A stretch of DNA of 64,000 nucleotides from the human T2T-CHM13v2.0 reference genome, Homo sapiens. Position 1 is the first letter of the stretch; each line of letters opens with the position of its first letter. Where the stretch lies: the NCBI RefSeq assembly GCF_009914755.1, contig NC_060930.1; one strand, given 5' to 3'. Both the position numbers and the translations under genes were made by a program. The notes beneath the pieces are model-generated. The model was given only the letters and a program-made list of their open reading frames with translations, did not search any database and had not been told where the DNA came from. Below, piece by piece: positions 1 to 31,200 of the stretch.

Positions 1-19831
<19,831 letters not shown>

Positions 19832-19848
19832 CAGCCCGAGCGCCCCGC

Positions 19849-19888
19849 GCCGCCGCCGCCGCCGTCGCCTCCGCCTTGTCCCGGCCGC

Positions 19889-19919
<31 letters not shown>

Positions 19920-19922
19920 GCC
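19849..19922. repeat. GCC/CGG trinucleotide tracts: (GCC)5 at 19849-19863 and (GCC)4-GCT-(GCC)8 at 19884-19922
   Basis: Read directly, 18-91 nt upstream of the PHF10 ATG. Confidence 0.95.
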
Positions 19923-20162
19923 GCGCGGGCCCCCCGCCGCCCCGGCCCCGCCCCCTCCGCCCGCCCGCCCGGGGGCCGGCCCCTGCCGCCGCGCGCCCCG
20001 CGGCCCGCCAGCGCCGCCGCCACCGCCATGGCCGTCGCCAGCGCGCCGCCCGCGCGGGAGGGCGCCAAAGGCTGGGAGGGCGCGGGGCTGCGGGCCGGAA
20101 TGGAGGAGGCCCAGCGGCGGCGGCGCTTCTCACGTCAGCCCAACCCGCCCGGCCGCGGCCAC

Positions 20163-20392
20163 CGCCTCAGCACCGTTGCCCCCCACAGCTCCGCCGCTGG
20201 CCTCAGCGCCGCCGCGACTCCCTTCAGCCCCGCCACTCGCTCGCCTCAGCCCCGCCGCTCGCTCGCCTCAGCCCCGCCGCTCGCTCGCCTCAGCCCCGCG
20301 GCCGCCTCAGCCCCGCCGCTCGCCTCAGCCCCGCCGCTCGCCTCAGCCCCGCCGCTCCCCTCAGCCCCGCGGCCGCCTCAGCCCCGCCGCCG
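20163..20392. repeat. GC-rich minisatellite, 17-22 bp unit with core GCCTCAGCCCCGC, about 12 copies (about 9 well conserved)
   Basis: cgcctcagccccgccgct(cgct) repeated in tandem. Confidence 0.92.
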
Positions 20393-21679
20393 CCTGGCTC
20401 CCCACGGCCCGGCGTTGTACTCGGCCGCGGCTCCCCCCAGCCCCCGGCGCGCCCCACCTCCCGCCCGCCCTCCGGCCCGCCCCGGCCCGGCACGTCGCCA
20501 CTTGGCGCGCTCGCAGCCGCCCCCTCCCCGCGGCCCCCGGCCCGGCCCCTCCGCGCGTCACCCTCGTTCCCTCCCTCTCTCCGCGCCCCCGCCGCGCCCC
20601 TCCCCGCCCCTCCCGGGGGTCCCCGCCCCGCCCCCTCTCTGCCGGGGGTCGCCCTGCCCGGAGCAGTCGCGCGGAGACTGCGCGGCCTCCGCCTCTACGC
20701 GCTCGCGGTCGCCGCTCCTCTCCCGCCTTTGTTCTCGGGTCGCCCCTCTCGCTGGTGGCGCTCCGAGAGAGCAGCGGAGCCACCTGCCCAGGCCACGCTT
20801 CCCCGAGCATCCGCAGCTGCACCCGGGGGCTGTCGGCGCCCGCCCCGGAGCGTGCGGGAGGCACAGCGGGAAGAAGTCGCTGAGATTCGGCCCTCGTGGC
20901 TTTGCGTGCCCGCGTGGTTGATGCCTCCGCCGAGAACGCGGTCGGCCGGGAGCCGGGGAGGAGCGTGGACGCCGGCCTGGCAGGTACCCCCGCGAGAACG
21001 TGGGAGCCGGTGTATTTCAGCTGCATTTATTACTGATCTCGGGCTGCACCAGGGCACTTGTAGGACCGCACTAAAAACAGCGGAAAGTGAGGAGCCAAGC
21101 CTGGGTCCGGGGCGGCCCGCCGTACAGCTGGCCTCACGGATTCCACTGCCTGCGCCTGCAGATGACTTGTTCTGGAGAGTAGAGAATGTTCTCGGATTTA
21201 AAGTACAATCCGGTTTCCTTTCCATTCATTATAGTTGCCTACACTCAACAAACAAAAGTTGGGAAAGATAAAGGGATTATTCTAGCGCGTCACATTGACA
21301 AACACCGACGTTAACACGCTCAGTCCAGCCTGACTCACTTGCCTCAGGTCAGAGAGGTCACCACTGACGACGCCGGGCCCTCAAGCCGATCCTAATCCAG
21401 CTTGGTTCTCTCAGCCTCAGCCAGACCATCCGTTCTTGCCTCTGTCCCACCACGTGCAGGTGTAAGCTTCCGCCGCACTTCTTGTCTGAATCTGCCAAGA
21501 AGAAACTGCATCTTTCAGCTAAATTCTTTTCACTGATCAGGGTAGAGTTTAGCGGTTTTTTTTTTTTAAGAAAAAAAACAAAAACAAAAAAAAACTCTTA
21601 AGCTATTTGGTACTCCTCTCCCTCCGGGATTCTGTCTCTAGATTGTGAAAGCTGTCAGAGAATGGAGTCAGGGAAAGCC

Positions 21680-22042
21680 GTGATGGGAAAGTTCTCACTA
21701 ATAATTGCCTGATATAAAGAATTAGCACAAAAGACTGCCAAAACCACAACCTTGCACAAAGGCCACAAAACTACACAAAAAAATGCTTCAAGGACATTTG
21801 CGCAGCAACTGCCTGTCCAACCTTGGACTGGCCATCCCCTTTGTTACTGATCTTTGTAGCCAAGGATAATTGTTTCAAAACAACTTACGTAATCCTCCTC
21901 GTTTTTCCTTTTAAACCCCTTATCTTCCTTTACCTCCCTGAATACACCTATAGTTTACTATGACACCATATTCTACATTGCAATGCCCACTTTCAAATAA
22001 ATTTGTCATGTTTGGCAAACCTGTCTGTTATTTAGGTTGACA
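21680..22042 (+). mobile_element. MER34-like ERV1 solo LTR
   Basis: cagcaactgcctgtccaaccttggactgg...tgatctttgtagccaaggataatt...aataaa...ttaggttgaca terminus. Confidence 0.65.
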
Positions 22043-22489
22043 AGATCAAATACAAATTTATTCTGGAGTCAACAAATAACTGATTCAGTCTTCCAATGTG
22101 CAAGGCAAAGAAGAATATTAAGGAGACACTGTATAGATTAGATCCCTGCCTATAGGCAGCTTCAACACTAATACAATATGGTACGAATATATAATTGTAC
22201 TTTAAGGCAGCTTAGGTGGGAAAACAACTAGCAACTAAAAAAAAAAATGGAGTTTACTACCAACTAAAAAAAATGGAGGTTTCAAGGTTGACCTAGAATT
22301 TGAAAACTGCTTTAAAGACAGGTAAGAAAGACACAGGTAGATGTGCAATGGAAGTAGAAATTGGGTTTCAAGCCCCAAACAGGCTGAGGGGTGGGAAAAT
22401 AGACATATTCAGGTACATCAATCGTTCCAGTTTGGCATAAGAATGAGATAAATGAAGATGGATTCTAGGAGTTAAGGATGAAATATGTA

Positions 22490-22650
22490 GGGAGGTACTA
22501 TGATGTAATGGAGAGAACAAAGATTTCAAGTTAAGACTTTGGTTTAAATCCCAGCTGTGCCTCTTATTAGCTGTGTGATCAAAGGTAAATTAGTTAATCT
22601 CTCTGACCCTCCATTTCCTCATTTGTATGATAACAATAATGTCCAATTAT
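22490..22650 (+). mobile_element. MIR remnant
   Basis: ggtttaaatcccagctgtgcctcttattagctgtgtgat...ttaatctctctgaccctccatttcctcatttgta. Confidence 0.7.
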
Positions 22651-23460
22651 TCCACAAATATTTTATGGCAAGCCAAGTATTAACTAAGAACTATGTTAAA
22701 TGATGAAGATATAAAAAAACCATTTATTCATTCATTCATCAAATGAATGCCTTACTGTTTACTAAGTTACACCCTGAGTTAGGCCCTGGAAATACTGATA
22801 AGGGGGAAAAAAGCATGAAACCGTATGAGACCACTTAGATTATGCAGATATACGTGAAAATAAGGCCCAAGACCAAGAAGTCCAAAGGTACTCAACTTGT
22901 GGAAGTAAGATAGAGAAGGAAAAAAAAGAAAACTAAGTGTAAAGTACTGTAAACTGAAAGGAGAGAGTGTTTTAAAAGAGGGACTGGTCAGCTCTCCTAA
23001 TGGAGAAGTTAGTAAGGTGGCAGAGAAGAATACATTGTATTTATCAACCTGGAGGTAATTAACTGTCTTGACTGTTTCAAGCTATTTCAGCAAAGTGGTG
23101 GTTTCAGAAACTAAATTAAAGCAGATTAAGGGAGGAATGGAAGCCTAGGAATTGGAGCCAGAGTATAGACAACTCTTCTGTGTAGTTTTATTATAAAAAG
23201 TAATGGAGAAAGAGAGTATCTGGAGAGGTGGTAGGGATGTTTTTAAGATGGAAGACATTAGCACATGTTGGTATACTGAAAAGAATGACTGAGTAGGAAG
23301 GCAGAAAACCATGATTGAGCAGAGAGAGGAAATGCTACTGGAAGGCAGCTTGTGAGAAGGCAAGGAAAAATGGGCTCCAGAGCACAGGTATTAGACAGGA
23401 AGCAGAATCCACCCAATTTAACAGGAAAGACAGAATGTGGTCGCAGCTGCAAGCAGGTGA

Positions 23461-23789
<329 letters not shown>

Positions 23790-24410
23790 AACTTGAAGGA
23801 TTTTTATTTCTGATATATTTTCTTTCCTTCATGAAATATAAAGGGAAAATCAGCTGACAGTTGAGTAGGGGAGAGAGATACAGAAGATCTGAGGAAGAAG
23901 AAGGTGTGTCAGCAGGAAAGCAAAGTTTCCAGGATGCCAAGTGTTTTGCCTTCTTGAGAGTTATGGTCATGAATTTAAAGTGAAACTACTCGGTCTGGCT
24001 TTGTCAGGTTCTCAGTCAAGTTTACCTACTTGGATTCAGGCTTGGACAAAGTGGATAATGGGGTTCATTCAGGAAGGGGTTTTCCAGGTGAGGAAGAGGG
24101 ACAAAGAAATTGAAGTCTGTTTGTAAAGGAGTGATTATAATGATGAGCCATGATATCTAAGCTGGACAAGGTAGGAAATTTGAGGGCTATAAATGGTGAA
24201 AAAAGCCAATGAACTGGAGATTTCAATAAGATTAGAGAATGGCTGTCTTCGGGGTACTAGAGGTGGTGAGCTGGAAGGACAGGAAATGATTGCATGAGAA
24301 TAACTTGCTTGAAATAAAGATTTCAGAAGTCATACTAATATTGGCGACAGCAAAGTCTAGAGGGGTAAAAGGCAACTGAATGTGAGTTGGTTAAGGAATT
24401 AGAAAGCATA

Positions 24411-26131
24411 CAGCCAGTCCTAGCTTGGCATGGTAGAACATGACTAGAAAAATGACCATGGAAGTTGAAATTGTGCAAAGTGATCTTAATAATCAAAGAG
24501 AAAAATTAAAATTGTTCTGTGACACTTAAGAACTTTTGTTGAAACATCAAAAACTCTGTTACTGCTACGTAGACATATCAGGAATTTTTTAAATTGTAAA
24601 ACTAATTTATTTAGTATGCCATAATTTAAAACATGAGAAACATGGAGAATCAGTCTTTATTCTTTGTGAAAAACAAAAGAAAACAAAACAACTTACCAAT
24701 AGTAGTGTGAACTGTTTGCCTCTTCTCATACTATTAATCTTCTGTCTTGAAAAATTGTTATTCTGCATTCTAAGTTTAGATTAGCTTCCAACATTTTATC
24801 TTTGCATTTTCAATCTTGTGAACTATTCTCAGGAATTCTTTAATACAAAGTGTATCAGCAACACTTCCTGTGGACCTCTTCACCCTTTTGTCACAGCCAC
24901 TTTAATCTCTTAACATTAATCAATTCATAAAATGATGAAACCAGAATTTACTGGCTGAATAAGGTTTTTATTTAGTCTCTTTGTAATTATCATTTTCTTT
25001 CAACAAGACAACCAACTTCAACACTTCACCCGAATGCTAGCCAGACTGATTGGGAAAAAATTTAAATTTATTACAGTCTTCAGTCAAAAGCAGGAAAAAG
25101 TCTTTATATCGGCCATAATTTGCATTCTCTTTCTAGTGCAATTTAAACCAAAAGATCCTGAAGCAACTTACCTTGTTTTTTCTACTTACTGAACTTTTTC
25201 TCTATGGCTTCTATGGTGCCTTTTGTGTAGGCCGAGGTCTCATCCTATCTTTGCTTTGCTTTTGTCATTTTCAAATTCCCTAATCACATCTAATTTCATT
25301 TCTGCATTATTATTTTTTTATTTGCTGTACTTTCATCTTTCTTGGCCAATTCCCTTTTAATGATCCATTTTTGTAAAATATCATGTTAGTTTATCACTGG
25401 GAAACAAGGAAGCTATACAACTACATGCTTTGCTGCTTGTAAACTGAAAAACTGAGTAACAGTTGTGCAGTGACCAATAACTGACAGACTCTGAAAGAAG
25501 GATTGTGATATCTGCTATGGACTGAATGTTTGTGCCTTACCTGCAAATTCATAAATTGAAGCCCTAATCCCCAGTGTGATGGTATTTGGAAGTGAGAACT
25601 TTGGGAGGTGATTAGATTTACATGAGGTCACGAGAGCAGAGTCCCCATGATGGGGATTAATATCCTTTCAAAAAGAAGAAGAGATACAAGATTCATATTC
25701 CTTCTCTTTCTCTCTCCCCTGCCCCCACCCCCACCAAGGAAAGACCAGGTAAGGACATAACCAGGAAGAGGGCCCTCACCAAGAACCACCATGTTGGCAC
25801 CCTGATCTCAGACTTTCAGCCTCTAGAACCTCAATAAAAAATATTTGTTTAAGCAACCCAGTCTAAGGCATTTAATTATATTAGCCCAAGCTAAGACAGT
25901 GCCCATCTGTTATTTACATAGTGATCTGTGAACTGAAGAGCTAGCTGTGAACTTTCTTCTTTATGCAATTCCTCACATAAAGTTAATATGCAATCATAAT
26001 TGAAATGTGAACCACCTTGTTGGGGAACTGGTATTATTTAACTAAACCACAGTAAATGAAATTTGCTTGAATATTCTCAAAGTGAAAATTGCACAGTGCA
26101 TACTAGAACTGTGCAAAGTGAGGACTGCCTT
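24411..26131. mobile_element. TcMar-Tigger-type DNA transposon remnant interrupted by an MLT1 LTR
   Basis: Degenerate terminal inverted repeats cagccagtcctagcttggca / tgcaaagtgaggactgcct with AT-rich decayed interior. Confidence 0.55.
25513..25898 (+). mobile_element. MLT1A-type MaLR solo LTR
   Basis: tgctatggactgaatgtttgtg...gccctaatccccagtgtgatggtatttgga...ctaagaca. Confidence 0.8.
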
Positions 26132-26539
26132 GTTTTGGATGGCTCATCTATGTGGATGTTGAAGTCCCAAGGAAAGATGACAGGAGTTGGGTGGGGATGA
26201 AGATTATATAATCCAGTAGCTCAAGTCTTCAAGTGATGGGGAGGAATAAGCCAGGAACTACAGGCAGCAGAAATCAACAGGTAAAAGATTATATATTCAG
26301 ATAGCATACATTTTCAGGAGCCAGAATTTTTTTTAAGGTCAAAGGGGTTACCTACGCTAACTCCTGGCTGTAAGTCATCAAAGATTGAGAGGAAAAAAAC
26401 AGCCTTCATTTGAGAGGGCTGCAGTGGCACTCCTCTTCAGGGAAAAGTCAGATTGCTTTTAAGGAAAGGAACTCAAAATGCATGTGGAAGAGAGGTTGGG
26501 AATATAGAGGAGCCTGATGAACCATATAAAGAAAGTTCC

Positions 26540-26775
26540 GGCCGGGCGCGGTGGCTCACGCCTGTAATCCCAGCACTTTGGGAGGCCGAGGCGGGCGGAT
26601 GGATCACGAAGTCAGGAGATCGAGACCATCCTGGCTAACACAGTGAAACTCCATCTCTACTAAAAATACAAAAAATTAGCCGGGCATGGTGGCAGGCGCC
26701 TGTAGTCCCAGCTACTCAGGAGGCTGAGGCATGAGAATGGTGTGAACCTGGGAGGTGGAGCTTGCAGTGAGCCGA
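26540..26775 (+). mobile_element. AluY, 3'-truncated (no tail)
   Basis: GGCCGGGCGCGGTGGCTCAC start, AluY diagnostics, ends at gagccga. Confidence 0.9.
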
Positions 26776-28242
26776 TGGACTGAAGGAAATGTTTATGTGA
26801 TATTTTATGTGAGTGATCTTCACAGTGGGCAAGTGGTTCAAAAGTTATGTATCTGAATACTTAGCATGATAGTCTAGTGGGGTCAGGTGATACTACCCTT
26901 TTATAGGATCGTGGTGAAGTACAGCCTAGGTGGAGGAGCCTAGGGGAAAGAGGCTGATGATAGCAGGGCAGAGGTTTTCTTGGTACAGGTCTCAACATAG
27001 CTTATTGGGGAAGAAAAGGAGGAAAGGAGTTTTATGTTAGAGGAAAGGCAATAATAGAAGATATTATGGAGGACAAAGGGGGATATCTCACCCAATCTGG
27101 AGAAGCAGTGAGAGAGACGTTGGATTGACAGTGAGAAGTGTTGCTAGGATCTGAGATCTTTATAATGCACCTGGAATCCACTTAACCTCAGAAAATAGCA
27201 GAGTATTACATTATGGACAATCTAGAACCTTAAGAGTAGGCAGAAGAATTGGTATTCACTCATAAGGCAATCAAGAGCCACTGAGGGGTTTTGAGGCAAA
27301 GACTGATACAAAGTTATGCTTCCAAGATGAAAACTCCATCAGTTTTATGTGTAAGGTATGGAGATGAGACGTAAGGCAAAGAAAATAGGCCCATTGGGTT
27401 TTCTCCCTGCCTCATTCTTGGAAGCATTTACTAGAGGTGCAGTTGCTGAATACCAGCCCCCCAATACAAAAGAAGTTCAGTGAGGTCAGGGGACTTGTCT
27501 GTTTTTTTCACCACAATACAATCTGCATCTCCAACAGTGCCTAGAACATAGTAGATGCATGATTCTGTTGAACAAAAAAATAATAAATGAATCAATGAAA
27601 TAAAGGGGCTATTGAAACAGATTTGAGAGAAGTGAGTACCTAGGCTACAGATATAACAAATGGAAAATTGAAGCTATTTTGAGCCACTTCAAAAAATTAA
27701 AATCTATAGAATTTAACAACTAAGTATATATGGGGGTTTACAGAAGGGAAAGAGAAAGAACAGAGCTAAAGGTAATTTGGATGTGTCAGACCTAATAAGA
27801 ATAAGTGTGCATAAGTGCTTGATTACATATTATTTACTTTAATTCACATGCAAACCTTAGGAAAAAGGTATAATTCTCATTTTACAAACAAGTCTATCTA
27901 TGAGGCAGTCAACTCAATTACCAGGTAGTATATTTTGCAATTAATTCATCCTGACAAGTTCATCAGGAAGGCAAATTGCATGATATGACATATTTCATAG
28001 GTTATTACTAATTTTTTCTGTGGTCAAGATTAGCATCAATAGCTCCTTTTAAAGAGGTTTTTGGCTACAACTATCATGTATATTCTCTGTATAATGGTGG
28101 AGTGATTTTTTTTTCACCAAGCATATTTTTCTTTTATTATGAAAGAACAGTTGTTCTGATATATAGTTGCCAGAAGGAAACTCTCAGGGAATTTTAGTTT
28201 ACTAATAGAATTGGTAGAAATTGTAAGAAAATGATCAAAATA

Positions 28243-31200
28243 TCTTTTTATTTCTTCTTAAAAAAATGGGATACATGTGCAGAATGTCCAGATTTGTTAC
28301 ATAGGTATACATGTGCCGTGGTGGTTTGCTGCATCTGTTGACCCATCCTCTAAGTTCCCTCCCCTCCACTCTCACCCCCAACAGGCCCTGGTGTGTGTTG
28401 TTCCCCTCTCTTGTGTCCATGTGTTCTCAATGTTCAACTCCCACTTATGAGTGAGAACATGTGATGTTTTTTTCTCCTGTGTTAGTTTGCTGAGGATGAT
28501 AGCTTCCAGCTTCATCCATGTCCCTGCAAAGGACATGATCTCATTCCTTTTTATGGCTGCATAGTATACCATGGTGTATATGTACCACATTTTCTTTATC
28601 CAGTCTATCATTGATGGGCATTTAGGTTAGTTCCATGTCTTTGCTATTGTGAATAGTGCTGAAATAAACATACATGTGCATGTGTCTTCATAGTAGAATG
28701 ATTTATATTCCTTTGGGTATATACCCAGTAATGGAATTGCTGGGTCAAATGGTATTTCTGGTTCTAGATCCTTGAGGAATTGCCATACTGTCTTCCACAA
28801 TGGTTGAACTAATTTACATTCTCACCAACAGTGTAAAAGTGTTCCTATTTCTCTACAGCCTCGCCAGCATCCATTGTTTTCGGACTTTTTAATAATCACC
28901 ATTCTGACTGGTGTGAGATGGTATCTCATTGTGGTTTTGATTTGCATTTCTTTGATGATCAGTGATGTTGAGCTTTTTTTCCATATGTTTGTTGGCCACA
29001 TAAATGTCTTCTTTTGAGAAATGTCTGTTCATATCCTTTGCCCACTTTTTGATGGGGTTGTTTTTTTTTTCTTGTAAATATGTTTAAGTACCTTGCAAAT
29101 TATGGATATTAGACTTTTGTCAGATGGGTAGATCGCAAAAATTTTCTCCCATTCTGTAGGTTGCCAGTTCACTCTGATGATAGTTTCTTTTGCTGTACAG
29201 AAGCTCTTTAGTTTAATTACATTCCATTTGTCAATTTTGGCTTTTGTTGCAATTGCTTTTGGCATTTTTGTCATGAAGTCTTTGCCCATGCCTGTGTCCT
29301 GAATGGTATTGCCTAGGTTTTCTTCTAGAGTTTTTATGGTTTTGGGTTTTACATTTAAGTCTTTAATCCATCTTAAGTTACTTCTTGTATAAGGTGTAAG
29401 GAAGGGGTCCAGTTTCAGTTTTCTGCATATGGCTAGCCAGTTTTCCCAGCACCATTTACTGAATAGGAGATCCTTTTCCCATTGCTTATTTTTGTCAGGT
29501 TTGTCGAAGGTCAGATGGCTGTAGATGTGTGGTGTTATTTCTGAGGTCTCTGTTCTGCTCCATTGGTCTATATGTCTGTTTTGGTACCAGTACCATGCTG
29601 TTTTGGTTACTGTAGCCTTGTAGTATAGTTTGAAGTCATGTAGCATGATGCCTCCAGCTTTGTTCTTTTTGCTTAGGATTGTCTTGGCTATATGGGGTCT
29701 TCTTTGATTCTATATGAAATTTAAAATAGTTTTTTCTAATTCTGTGAAAAATATCAATGGTAGTTTCATGGGAATAACATTGAATCTATAAATTACTTTG
29801 GGCAGTGTGGCCATTTTCACAATGGTGATTCTTCCTATCCCTGAGGATGGAATGTTTTCCCCTTTGTTTATGTCCTCTCTTATTTCCTTGAGCAGTGGTT
29901 TGTAGTTCTTGAAGAGGTGCTTCACATCCCTTGTTATCTCTATTCCTAGGTATTTTATTCTCTTTGTAGTGAGTGTGAATGGGAGTTTATTCATGATTTG
30001 GCTCTCTGCTTACCTATTGTTGGTGTAAAGGAAAGCTTGTGATTTTTGCACATTGATTTTGTATCCTGAGACTTTGCTGTAGTTGCTTATCAGTTCCAGA
30101 AGTTTTGGGGCTGAGATGATGTGGTTTTCTAAATATAAAATCATGTCATCTGCAAACAGAGACAACTTGACTTCCTCTGCCCCTATTTGAATACCCTTTA
30201 TTTCTTTCTCTTGCCTGATTGCCCTGGCCAGAACTTCCAATATTATGTTGAATAGAAGTGGTGAGAGAGGGCATCCTTGTCTTGTACTGGTTTTCCAAGG
30301 GAATGCTTCCAGCTTTTGCCCATTCAATATGATATTGGCTGTGGTTTTGTCATAAATAGCTCTTATTATTTTGAGATCTGTTCCATCAATACCTAGTTTA
30401 TTGAGAGTTTTTTAACATGAAGGGATGTTGAAGTTTGTCAGCCCTATCAATCTGCATCTATTGAGATAATCATGTGGTTTTTGTCTTTGGTTCTGTTTAT
30501 GAGATGGATTACATTTATTGATTTGCATATGTTGAACCAGCCTTGCATCCCAGGGATGAAGCCGACTTGATCGTGGTAGATAAGTTTTTTGATGTGCTGC
30601 TGGATTCGGTTGGCCAGTATTTTATTGAGAATTTTCACATTGATGTTCATCAGGGATATTGGCCTGAAGTTTTCTTTTTTTTTGTTGTGTCTCTTCCAGG
30701 TTTTGGTATCAGGGCGATGCTGGCTTCATAAAATGAGTTAGGGAGGATTCCCTCCTTTTCAATTGTTTGGAATAGTTTCAGAAGGAATGGTACTAGCTCC
30801 TCTTTGTATTTCTGGTAGAATTCAGCTGTGAATCCTTCTTGCCCTGGGCTTTTTTTGGTTGGTAGGCTATTAATTACTGCCTCAGTTTCAGAGCTTCTTA
30901 TTGGTCTATTCAGGGATTCAACTTCTTCCTGGTTTGGTCTTGGTAGGGTGTATGCATCCAGGAATTTATCCATTTCTTCTAGATTTTCTAGTTTATTTGC
31001 ATAGAGGTGTTTGTAGTATTCTCTAATGGTAATTTGTATTTCTGTGGGGTCAGTGGTGATATCCCCTTTATCATTTTTTATTGTGTCTATTTGATTCTTC
31101 TCTCTTCTTATTAATCTAGCTAGTGGTCTTTCTATTTAGTTAATTTTTTTTCAAAAAACCAGCTCCTGGATTCATGGATTTTTTGGAGGGTTTATTGTGT

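Noticed and set aside
20163-20392. Regularly spaced repeats resembling a CRISPR array
   Set aside because: No unique spacers and a eukaryotic context; it is a minisatellite.
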